A stretch of 64,000 bases of DNA from Candidatus Anderseniibacteriota bacterium (GTDB lineage Bacteria; Patescibacteriota; Andersenbacteria; UBA10190), in the NCBI GenBank assembly GCA_040876835.1, contig JBBDOX010000007.1, positions 7,916 to 71,915 on the forward strand, given 5' to 3'. Of this stretch, positions 55,731 to 64,000 are shown piece after piece (positions within the stretch are counted from its first letter, which is position 1; the number at the start of each line of letters is the position of its first letter). Made by a program: the position numbers and the translations under genes. Under the pieces are notes generated by a model. It was not told the origin of the DNA, did no database searches, and saw only the letters and a program-made list of their open reading frames with translations.

Positions 55731-56513
55731 ATGGAATTCATTGATATCATCATCCTCGGTCTTGTACAAGGATTAACCGAATTTCTTCCGGTTAGCTCAA
55801 GCGGACACTTGATCTTAACTCGCAATCTCTTTGGTATATCCGACATATCTGGCAATGCTATTGATGCCTTCTTACACTTAGGCACCTTATGCGCAGTTCT
55901 TGTCTACTACTGGAAAACCTGGCGAGAGCTTTTTGCGGGGGCTTTATCATCTGACGGAAGACAGCAGAAGGATATGTTAGGAAAACTGGCATTGGCGACT
56001 GTTCCGGCAGCGATTCTGGGATATTTTCTTCAGGGTTGGATTGAGGATTTTCTTCGTGATCCCCGATATGTAGCGGTGGCTTTGCTGGTAACAGCTAGTA
56101 TTTTGTTTATAGCTGATAGATATGCCAAACATGTTTCGGAAAAGAAAGAACCAAGTTACAAAGATGCACTTTTGATAGGCTTAGCGCAGGTGGCGGCTCT
56201 CTTACCGGGAATTTCTCGTTCCGGGGTAACAATGGCAGCTGGCCGCGGACGAGGGCTTTCTCGGCAAGAAGCGGCTCGATTTTCTTTCCTTATGTCGGCT
56301 CCTATTATTGCCGGGGCAGGGTTAACCAGTGTTGCAGATTTAGTTTCTGCAGCAACAATACCGGCTCCTGAGCTAATAGTAGGGTTTATTGCTTCATTCC
56401 TTGCAGGACTTCTGGCCATTTTTGGGATCTTTAAGATTTTGGAGAAATCTTCTTTTACACCATTTATAATCTACCTAGTGGCTGCTTCTGTGTTACTGTT
56501 TTTAACTTTGTAA
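55731..56513 (+). CDS. uppP: Undecaprenyl-diphosphatase
   Basis: QGLTEFLPVSSSGHL, HLGT, PGISRSG.T, AARFSFL. Confidence 0.96.
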   Translation: MEFIDIIILGLVQGLTEFLPVSSSGHLILTRNLFGISDISGNAIDAFLHLGTLCAVLVYYWKTWRELFAGALSSDGRQQKDMLGKLALATVPAAILGYFLQGWIEDFLRDPRYVAVALLVTASILFIADRYAKHVSEKKEPSYKDALLIGLAQVAALLPGISRSGVTMAAGRGRGLSRQEAARFSFLMSAPIIAGAGLTSVADLVSAATIPAPELIVGFIASFLAGLLAIFGIFKILEKSSFTPFIIYLVAASVLLFLTL

Positions 56514-56514
56514 T

Positions 56515-56979
56515 ATGGAGAATCTGGAAGGAGAAATAGTATTGCCTGATCTACAAGCACTGGAGATGATCGCAATTCGTTTAGCAGAACAGCTTACTGG
56601 AGGTGATGTAGTGTTGCTTAAGGGGGAGCTAGGGGCAGGGAAAACAACGTTTACTCAAATGCTGGCTCACGCTCTGGGGGCGCAGGAGAGGGTGCCCTCT
56701 CCTACGTTTACTATAGAGGCTCGGTATCCACTTTCAGGAGCACAGGCCCAAGAATTAGTGCATATTGATCTTTACCGGCTATCGTCTTTGCAGGGCGGTA
56801 GTGAGGACACATTGCACTTTCAGGAATTGTTTGATGGTAGTAGGGAGCAAGGACGAATAGTTGTAGTTGAATGGGCAGAGCGTCTAGGCTCTACTGCACC
56901 ACCTTCGTTCTGGGAGCTTCAATTCAAGCATGGGTCGTCAGGGAACTCTCGAACCGTTATTGTTACTCATCATGTCTAA
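56515..56979 (+). CDS. tsaE: tRNA t6A biosynthesis ATPase TsaE
   Basis: L.GELGAGKTTF, SPTF, HIDLYRL, VEWAE. Confidence 0.95.
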   Translation: MENLEGEIVLPDLQALEMIAIRLAEQLTGGDVVLLKGELGAGKTTFTQMLAHALGAQERVPSPTFTIEARYPLSGAQAQELVHIDLYRLSSLQGGSEDTLHFQELFDGSREQGRIVVVEWAERLGSTAPPSFWELQFKHGSSGNSRTVIVTHHV

Positions 56980-59698
56980 GCGACAAAAACTAGCACTTAT
57001 TGACGCTAACGCCCTCATCCACCGGGCTTATCACGCGTTGCCGCCCATGAGTACCTCTGACGGCACACCAACTAACGCCGTATATGGATTTACGACGATG
57101 TTGTTAAAGATGTTTGCAACCATTAAACCTACACATATCGTGGCGGCATTTGACGTGAAGGGGCCTACCTTTAGAAAAGAGGCATATGCAAAGTATAAGG
57201 CTCATCGCAAAGCTACCCCCGATGATCTCGTTGAGCAGTTTGCGTTAGTGAAAGAAGTGTTGAAGGCATTTAACATTCCTATGATAGAAAAACAGGGTTT
57301 TGAGGCAGACGACGTTATTGGAACTCTTGTTGAAGAAGTAAATGGTAATGTTCAAAAAATAATTGTGACCGGAGATATGGATACGCTTCAGCTTATTGAT
57401 GATGATACGTCCGTGTTTACTCTTAAGCGCGGTTTAACCGATACGGTATTGTATGACGCTCGGATGGTACAGGAGAAGTTCGGATTTAGCCCGGAGTACG
57501 TTGTCGACTACAAAGGATTGCGAGGCGATCCGTCAGATAATATTCCGGGCGTGGCCGGAGTTGGTGACAAAACAGCGCGAGAGCTTATCATCCAGTTTGG
57601 GTCAATCGAAGAGGTTTACAAGCACCTTGATGAGGTATCTCCCCGAGTAAAATCTCGCCTGGAAGGAGGTAAGAAAGAAGCTCTACTTAGCAAAGAGCTG
57701 GCTACGATTCGTAGGGATGTACCGATACAATTTTCTCTCGCAGACGCTGAAGCTGAGGATTTCAATCCGGAAGCTGTGCGTGACGTATTTGTAAAAATGA
57801 ACTTTAATAGTTTACTTAATCGTTTGCCTAGCGGAGCTTCCAGCATTCAACCAACCCTTTTTACCAACAACAGTAATGCACTAGCAACAAATGCTAACCT
57901 GCCAGAACATTATTACCTAGTGCAGAGTGCGAAAGGTAAAAAAGATTTACAGGTGTTGTTACGCAAGCAAACCTTAATTGCGTTTGATACCGAGACAGAT
58001 CAGCTTGGCCCGCGTCAACACCCTATCTTAGGGATGAGTTTTGCTATTCGAGACGATAAGAAAAATATTACTGCCTGGTACGTTCCGGTGACTCCTGCTG
58101 AACTCGAAGAGTGGCGAGATATTTTAGAGAGTCCAAAGATTAAAAAAACTGGCCATAATCTTAAGTATGACTACGAGGTCTTGCTGCAGACTGGTATCTT
58201 AATGGAGGGTATCGAATTTGATTCAATGATTGCCGCTTATTTACTTAACCCGGGAGCTCGGCAGTTCGGTATGGATGCTTTAGCGATTCAGGAGCTGTCG
58301 TATCATCCGATTCCCCTTACGGACCTGATCGGCTCCGGCGCACAGCAAAAGAGGCTGTCGGAAGTGTCTGTGCCAGAGCTAGCCCGGTACGCTTGTGAGG
58401 ATGCGGATATTTCTCTTCAATTATACGAAACGTTCGCACCACGTATTGAAAAAGAAGGTCTTAAAAGAGTGTTTGTGGAGCTTGAATTGCCCCTAATACC
58501 TATTTTGGCGCGGATAGAAAACAACGGTATTAGTGTAGATACAACAATATTGAGCAAGTTGAACATAAAAGTTACCCATAGACTTCAACAACTTGAGAAG
58601 AGCATTTGGAAAGAGGCGGGAGAAGAGTTCAACATCAATTCGACTCAGCAGTTGAGGGTGATCTTATTCGAGAGGCTGCAGTTACCGACTGACGATATTA
58701 AGCGAACCCAAACTGGATATTCCACAGCTGCCTCGGAACTGGAGAAGCTTCATGGCAAGCATCCAATCATTATATTATTGGAAGAGTACCGTGAGCTGAG
58801 CAAGCTCAAAAACACCTACATTGATACCTTGCCAACATTGGTTGATCCTGAGACGAGTCGCATTTATGCTTCATTCAATCAAACCGTTGCTGCAACGGGC
58901 CGTCTCAGTTCTTCTGATCCGAATCTGCAGAATATTCCGGTTCGCACCGAGATGGGACAGGAAATCCGCAAAGCGTTTGTGGCTGAGAAGGGAAATGTTT
59001 TAGTAAAAGCTGATTACTCACAAATAGAGCTGCGGTTGGCTGCTCATATGTCCCGAGATGAAAAAATGATGGGTGTGTTTCGAGCGGGTAAAGATATTCA
59101 CAGTGCTACTGCAGCGTGGGTGTATGGAATTGATATCGATAGCGTGACATCTAGTCAGCGGCGGGAAGCTAAGACTTTGAATTTTGGAGTTTTATATGGA
59201 ATGGGACCGCAAAGCTTTGCGCGGGCAGCAGGGATCAGTGTCGAGGAAGCGCGATCATTTATTGGCCGCTATAGAAAGCAATATGCAGGACTGGCTGGAT
59301 ACATCGAAGAGACTATTGAATTTGCTCGGGAACATGAAGAGGTAAGTACGCTTTTCGGACGCAAGCGATATCTTCCCGAAATCCACTCTCGTGCTCCGGC
59401 GATCGCAGCTCAAGCGGAACGAATGGCATTTAATTTTCCATTACAAGGAACAGCCGCAGATCTTCTGAAAAAGGCAATGATTGAGTTGCATAATTTCATT
59501 CAACATAAATACCCTGATGCCCGAATGGTATTAACGGTACATGATGAATTGGTGTGTGAAGTTTCAAAAGAAGATGCACAAGAATTTGCACAGGAAATGA
59601 AACATATTATGGAGCAGGTGATTACGTTAGATGTCCCAATTGTGGTAGATGTAGCGCTGGGAGGAAACTGGCAGGATGTGGAAGAATTAAAATTATAA
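56972..59698 (+). CDS. polA: DNA polymerase I
   Basis: 5'-3' exo (IDA...RAYHA, EADD, GD.D), 3'-5' exo (AFDTET, HNLKYD, YACED), pol motifs ADYSQIELR, AK.LNFGVLYGM, VHDEL. Confidence 0.98.
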   Translation: MSKRQKLALIDANALIHRAYHALPPMSTSDGTPTNAVYGFTTMLLKMFATIKPTHIVAAFDVKGPTFRKEAYAKYKAHRKATPDDLVEQFALVKEVLKAFNIPMIEKQGFEADDVIGTLVEEVNGNVQKIIVTGDMDTLQLIDDDTSVFTLKRGLTDTVLYDARMVQEKFGFSPEYVVDYKGLRGDPSDNIPGVAGVGDKTARELIIQFGSIEEVYKHLDEVSPRVKSRLEGGKKEALLSKELATIRRDVPIQFSLADAEAEDFNPEAVRDVFVKMNFNSLLNRLPSGASSIQPTLFTNNSNALATNANLPEHYYLVQSAKGKKDLQVLLRKQTLIAFDTETDQLGPRQHPILGMSFAIRDDKKNITAWYVPVTPAELEEWRDILESPKIKKTGHNLKYDYEVLLQTGILMEGIEFDSMIAAYLLNPGARQFGMDALAIQELSYHPIPLTDLIGSGAQQKRLSEVSVPELARYACEDADISLQLYETFAPRIEKEGLKRVFVELELPLIPILARIENNGISVDTTILSKLNIKVTHRLQQLEKSIWKEAGEEFNINSTQQLRVILFERLQLPTDDIKRTQTGYSTAASELEKLHGKHPIIILLEEYRELSKLKNTYIDTLPTLVDPETSRIYASFNQTVAATGRLSSSDPNLQNIPVRTEMGQEIRKAFVAEKGNVLVKADYSQIELRLAAHMSRDEKMMGVFRAGKDIHSATAAWVYGIDIDSVTSSQRREAKTLNFGVLYGMGPQSFARAAGISVEEARSFIGRYRKQYAGLAGYIEETIEFAREHEEVSTLFGRKRYLPEIHSRAPAIAAQAERMAFNFPLQGTAADLLKKAMIELHNFIQHKYPDARMVLTVHDELVCEVSKEDAQEFAQEMKHIMEQVITLDVPIVVDVALGGNWQDVEELKL

Positions 59699-59716
59699 AG
59701 GGGTATACTAGAAAGA

Positions 59717-59959
59717 TTGCTTGAGCGCGAACGCTGGGTAATCACCTGTTCGTTGCCTTGGTCAACTTGGGTAGTCGCGCGTAGCGGCTTCCAGGAAGAT
59801 CGCACTTTATCAGGAGTGCAGACATGTTGTCGACACTCGCGGGACGGTCCCGACGGAGCCATGGGAGGGAGGTGGTCACCCTTGTTGTCCACCGTTGATT
59901 CCCATACCAAGGAGATGCCTATCGAAGAGCCCATCTCGTGAGTAGTGCTTCTGTCACTA
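59717..59959 (+). ncRNA. Putative structured RNA / small-ORF transcript downstream of polA
   Basis: -10 TATACT at 59704; several stems (GCGCGAAC/GTTCGTTGC, CCTTGGT/ACCAAGG, ATGGGA/TCCCAT, GAGATG/CATCTC); contains a 24-codon ORF 59824..59898 with SD. Confidence 0.35.
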
Positions 59960-59983
59960 GGGGCATATCGCAAGATATGCCCC
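59960..59983. terminator. Strong GCAA-tetraloop hairpin, probable terminator
   Basis: GGGGCATATC-GCAA-GATATGCCCC. Confidence 0.7.
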
Positions 59984-59988
59984 GCATT

Positions 59989-61065
59989 TCATTCGAACTG
60001 ATTTATGCACTCGTTGAAGGTACGAACTTGCTGATTATATTTTTCTGCAGCAGCCTGGGTGCCAGAATCGCTCATGCCGTACTGTTTTATAAGCTCATTG
60101 TATTGCTGCTTGAGAGAATTGAGTTGATCGTTGGCAGTCTGAGCCTCAGTTTGTTTTTCCTCTGCCTCTTGTAGTAGTACATTTCCCTCTGCATGTAGTC
60201 GTTCGCCTTCGTCCCAATAGGGTTGAGCTTGTTCGCGCGAACCAGTCTCCTGATAGATATTATTGCCTTTTTCGATGTTTTCATTCCCTTTTTTAATTTT
60301 TGAGTTTCCCTCCTTTGCTAAGAACTTTGTTTCTTCAATTAAATCTTCAACGATGATGGTTTGTTCGGTGATTTGAGTATCAAGATCAGATAGTTCCTGC
60401 TCGATTTGTCGGATTAAAAACTCTTTGTTCTCGAAGTTCTGCAAGAAGCTACTGTCTGGGCTGGGACATGCGGACAGGGGGGTTCCAAATGTTTGAACTG
60501 CCAACCAAGTAGTCCGTCCTTCAAATTCTCCTTTTTCAACCGCAATTCCAAGTTCACGAAAGTTGTTCGATAGGATATTGGCGCGATGGCCTGGACTATC
60601 CATCCAGGCTTGTACCAACGCTTCGTCTGAACTGAAGTTCCCTAGGGCCAGGTTTTCACCAACAGTGATGTATTCGTATTTCGCGGCTTCTACAACATCA
60701 GAAGGTCCTCGTCCGTCAGGAGAAATATGCTCAAAGTATTGTTGGTTAAACATATCTTCAAGTTTCAGCTGAGCTGCCTTATTAAGCGCGTTGTTACGCA
60801 GTAAAGGTGGAAGGCCGTTGCCTTGTCGTTGGCTGTTAGTGGCACTGAATACCCCATCTGTTGTAAGAATGCCAGCTGCTTCACTGCCTGAATGGCGAAG
60901 AGGCTCTGGGGTACTAAGAATTTTTTGCAAGGACTTAAGTTGCTCTGTGGGCAATGCTGAGGAAGGTATAACGAGTGGTGAAGCGTCAGACATATATAAA
61001 AGAATCCCAGCTGCTCCGAGGCAGAGGACAATAAGCGCGATGGGTAGTGTGTAACGACCGGTCAT
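59989..61065 (-). CDS. CAP/SCP domain protein with C-terminal coiled coil
   Basis: TN..R...GL..L..N..L..AAQ....DM....YFEH, GENLA.G, WMDSPGHRANIL, ELGI; heptad-rich tail bracketed by two Cys. Confidence 0.88.
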   Translation of the reverse strand: MTGRYTLPIALIVLCLGAAGILLYMSDASPLVIPSSALPTEQLKSLQKILSTPEPLRHSGSEAAGILTTDGVFSATNSQRQGNGLPPLLRNNALNKAAQLKLEDMFNQQYFEHISPDGRGPSDVVEAAKYEYITVGENLALGNFSSDEALVQAWMDSPGHRANILSNNFRELGIAVEKGEFEGRTTWLAVQTFGTPLSACPSPDSSFLQNFENKEFLIRQIEQELSDLDTQITEQTIIVEDLIEETKFLAKEGNSKIKKGNENIEKGNNIYQETGSREQAQPYWDEGERLHAEGNVLLQEAEEKQTEAQTANDQLNSLKQQYNELIKQYGMSDSGTQAAAEKYNQQVRTFNECINQFE

Positions 61066-61186
61066 AACATCTTGTGTAATAGTACCTTATATAGTTTCGT
61101 GATGAGCATGCTCGTCTGCACAAAATAAATAAAGAAAACTGTTTGGGCGTTGGGAGAAGACGCAGTTTCGACGTACAATATAAGGC

Positions 61187-61663
61187 ATGGCTCAATCCTT
61201 TGAACGCACGCCCCAGGAGCGCGAAACACTGATTTTCTCCCAGCCGGAACAGGCGCAGGAGTTCTCTGAGAGGGTGGCTGAGCGTATAACTACACCCACT
61301 GGCCAGCGATCTAAAAAAGAATCTTTAGCTCAAGAGTTGGCTGAGGAGTTTGATCGTCAGGGAGAAGGGGTGGGTAAGGTACTGCATCCGTGGGAACATA
61401 CTGCCGAAGAGCACCAGGAGGTCCAACAGCTTGTTAATGTCGCTTTTGAGAAAGATCTGCCAGCAGCCTTGAAGCTGGCTCGATCAAGCAATCATTACCC
61501 TCGAAACATCGATCTGTTGCATGATGTGTTAACGACCGAGATGTACGAGTTAGTCAGAGAGTCTCATCTTAACCACCAACCAACAGGCGTAGTGTGGCTT
61601 GTAACGGCAGTCTTGATTTTACTGGCAGGCGTTGGCGTTATTCTTTTTATCTTCATAAGTTGA
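61187..61663 (+). CDS. Hypothetical protein with C-terminal TM, co-transcribed with the VirD4-like gene
   Basis: Clean ORF; stop 1 nt before the next ATG. Confidence 0.65.
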   Translation: MAQSFERTPQERETLIFSQPEQAQEFSERVAERITTPTGQRSKKESLAQELAEEFDRQGEGVGKVLHPWEHTAEEHQEVQQLVNVAFEKDLPAALKLARSSNHYPRNIDLLHDVLTTEMYELVRESHLNHQPTGVVWLVTAVLILLAGVGVILFIFIS

Positions 61664-61664
61664 T

Positions 61665-64000
61665 ATGTCTTTCTTAGGTTTGATTGTAGTTGTCGTTATA
61701 GTTGCCGGCGTCGCTGTGGCATTGTGGATGCTATGGAAGTTGATACTCGAGCAGGCGCGGCTGAGACGTACTCTTGATATACAAATGCTCCAAGTGCTTT
61801 TGCCGAAGGACTTGGACCCGCAAGAGCGAGAAGAGGGTTTAGGAGATCAAACCAAAGAACGAATTTCCGTGGCTGAGCAATTATTATCAACGCTCTCGCA
61901 CTTACCAACGCGCTTATGGGATCAGTTGCTCTATGGCCAGCCGATTATCGTGTTGGAAATTATTGCCCGCTCTGATGATAAAATTGTTTTTTATGCTGGG
62001 ACAGAGCGTCGTTACCTTGACCACCTGGAGAAGCAAATCTACGCTCACTATCCTGAATCGGAAGTAACACTTGCCTCTGATTTCACCATCTTTGAGCCCG
62101 GGGATACTATTTTAACAGGAGTGCTTCGTTTGGGTCGCAAGCAGCATTTACCGCTCGCTACCTACAAGGAACTAGAAGCTGATCCGATGCAGGCACTAAC
62201 GGGAGCATTGGCTAAAATTCGAGACGGAGATGCGGCAGTAATTCAACTTGTATTGCAGCCCGCGTCCAAACGGGCTAGTAAAAAAGCAGCTCTGGCTACT
62301 CGGCGGACTGTCCGGGGTCGACAATCAGATGTCGGAGGTAGAGGAGCTATTGGTTTGTTAACTGATCTTAAGACTGCTACTAAGAGTGCTCAGGAAAAAC
62401 AGGAGGCACGTCAGGAAAGCACGCAGCTAACTCAGCGTATGCAACAGCGGGTGGAGCTTGTTGAGCAGAAAATGGTACAGCAGCAGTTTAATGTCAATAT
62501 TCGTCTGGGAGTCTCTACTCGAGGTGCGGATGAAGCAGAGAGGGTATTTAATGCGATTGTGGGGGCATTTTCCCAATACGATTTACCGGATCTTAATATG
62601 CTGCGGCTTAAGCGCCCTACCCGTCCGTCCGGATTTCTGAGAGATCTTATCTTCCGTGTGCCACGCTCTGGAACAGCAAATGTCTTAAGTACAACAGAAA
62701 TTGCTTCCCTTTTTCACTTCCCGTTACCGACTACTGGTACGCCAAATATTTTGTGGCGTGGTGCGAAGATAGCGCCAGCTCCGCCTGACTTGCCAACTGC
62801 GGGTGTGCTGCTTGGGTATAACAAATATCGAGGAGTTGATCAGCCTGTATACCTAGCTGATGAAGATCGTCGCCGTCATCTGTATATGATTGGTCAAACA
62901 GGAACCGGCAAAACCACACTATTTCTGAATATGATTGTGCAAGACATTCAGGCTGGTCGGGGAGTGGGTGTGGTAGATCCTCATGGGGATCTGATCGAAG
63001 ACATCCTGCTTCATATTCCCCCCGAGCGTTTGAAAGACGTAGTGCTGTTTGATCCTCGTGATAAAGATAGGCCACTCGGATTTAACATTTTGGAGACTAA
63101 AGACGAGGGGCAAAAAGATCTAGTCGTTAATGAGGTGGTACAGATTCTGCAAAAACTGGCCGCCCGTCTCAATCCTGAATCGGTGGGACCTATGTTTGAA
63201 CACTACTTACGTAATGCGTTGTTAGCCTTGGTAGAAGACCCTAACGCAACCTTGATCGATATACCGCGGATGTTTGTAGATGAAGAGTTTCGGCAGTCAA
63301 TTATTAAGAAGAACACTAACCCGACTGTTCTGCAGTTTTGGGAAAAAGAATTTGCGCAATCACAACGGGGGCAAATGTCGGCTGATATGCTTAGCTACGT
63401 GATCAGTAAGTTAGGGCGGTTCATAAGCAATGAAACAGTGCGTAATCTGATTGGACAGGCTAAATCGTCCTTTGATGTCCGGACTGTAATGGATGAGCAG
63501 AAAATTTTGCTTTGTAACCTTTCGAAGGGAATATTAGGAGACATCAATTCAGACTTATTGGGATTTGTGTTGGTATCAAAAATTCAGATTGCTGCTTTAG
63601 GGCGGGCGAATATGCCGGAAGACCAGCGCAAGGATTTTTATCTGTATCTTGATGAGTTTCAGAACTTTACAACTGACAGCATCTCAACTATTTTATCCGA
63701 GGCGAGAAAATATAAGCTTAACTTGAACCTGGCCCATCAGTTTATTCAGCAACTTGAAGAAGGAATTAGAGATGCAGTGTTTGGCAACGTAGGAACGCTG
63801 GTCAGTTATCGTATTGGAGTTGATGATACGGAGTTTATGGCCAAGCAGTTTCAACCTGTCTTCAAAGAATATGACCTGCTTAATCTGAACCGGTTTACAG
63901 CAATTCTTCGCTTATTAGTCCACGGCACACCGCAGCGACCGTTCAGCTTAGCTGTTCCGGCACCCCCTATGAGCGGCGATACGCAAACACGGGAAGCGGT
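61665..64000 (+). CDS. VirD4/TraD-like type IV coupling ATPase, 3'-truncated by window edge (absent from ORF track)
   Basis: Hand translation: N-terminal TM MSFLGLIVVVVIVAG, DRRRHLYMIGQTGTGKTT, VVDPHGDL, FYLYLDEFQNF, LSEARKYKLNL.LAHQF; frame verified at 62871. Confidence 0.88.
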   Translation, partial: MSFLGLIVVVVIVAGVAVALWMLWKLILEQARLRRTLDIQMLQVLLPKDLDPQEREEGLGDQTKERISVAEQLLSTLSHLPTRLWDQLLYGQPIIVLEIIARSDDKIVFYAGTERRYLDHLEKQIYAHYPESEVTLASDFTIFEPGDTILTGVLRLGRKQHLPLATYKELEADPMQALTGALAKIRDGDAAVIQLVLQPASKRASKKAALATRRTVRGRQSDVGGRGAIGLLTDLKTATKSAQEKQEARQESTQLTQRMQQRVELVEQKMVQQQFNVNIRLGVSTRGADEAERVFNAIVGAFSQYDLPDLNMLRLKRPTRPSGFLRDLIFRVPRSGTANVLSTTEIASLFHFPLPTTGTPNILWRGAKIAPAPPDLPTAGVLLGYNKYRGVDQPVYLADEDRRRHLYMIGQTGTGKTTLFLNMIVQDIQAGRGVGVVDPHGDLIEDILLHIPPERLKDVVLFDPRDKDRPLGFNILETKDEGQKDLVVNEVVQILQKLAARLNPESVGPMFEHYLRNALLALVEDPNATLIDIPRMFVDEEFRQSIIKKNTNPTVLQFWEKEFAQSQRGQMSADMLSYVISKLGRFISNETVRNLIGQAKSSFDVRTVMDEQKILLCNLSKGILGDINSDLLGFVLVSKIQIAALGRANMPEDQRKDFYLYLDEFQNFTTDSISTILSEARKYKLNLNLAHQFIQQLEEGIRDAVFGNVGTLVSYRIGVDDTEFMAKQFQPVFKEYDLLNLNRFTAILRLLVHGTPQRPFSLAVPAPPMSGDTQTREA

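Noticed and set aside
59801-59900. SAM-I riboswitch resemblance (TTATCAGGAG ... GGGACGGTCCCGACGGAGCC)
   Set aside because: The GGCAACC, GGTGC and closing AGATGA elements are missing, and no same-strand metabolic gene lies downstream.
1-64000. CRISPR array, IS element, prophage, or alternative genetic code 25
   Set aside because: No spaced direct repeats, transposase or phage genes were seen; TGA terminates genes at ATGA overlaps, consistent with code 11.

Overview
Replication-origin region of a Patescibacteria (CPR)-like bacterium. The taxonomic call is an inference from gene content and order; TGA is used as a stop, so the standard code 11 applies. The core block rpmH-rnpA-yidD-yidC-jag // dnaA-dnaN-recF-(DciA-like) flanks a bipartite oriC, and the + strand visibly switches from C-rich to G-rich at about 31.5 kb. 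Left arm: nrnA-ymdB-HU, two tRNAs, a LysM/M23 peptidase, pcrA-rsmA, then a ~13 kb CPR-type T4SS-like locus (secreted accessory proteins, VirB6-like, PrgI, split VirB4, VirB2-like pilin) converging on a surface-glycan cluster (2 O-antigen-ligase-like genes, 3 GT2, flippase). Right arm: PBP1A, an ATP-grasp/aspartic-protease fusion next to a PKD-7TM protein, ruvC-yebC, ruvB, a lamin-tail/OB-fold surface protein, yvcK, pilB, a glmS + split ATP-citrate-lyase + GNA1-like acetyltransferase operon, uppP-tsaE-polA, a CAP protein and a truncated VirD4-like ATPase. The most notable observations are: (1) a possible citrate-fuelled, eukaryote-style GlcNAc-6-P operon; (2) two unannotated structured RNA candidates (42.1 kb, 6S-like; 59.7 kb); (3) pervasive leaderless gene starts, contrasted with four orphan units that share a boxA-like + SD leader; (4) 11-bp-phased DnaA-box clusters outside oriC. 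No CRISPR array, IS, integrase or relaxase was recognised. All calls were made by eye; no searches were run.
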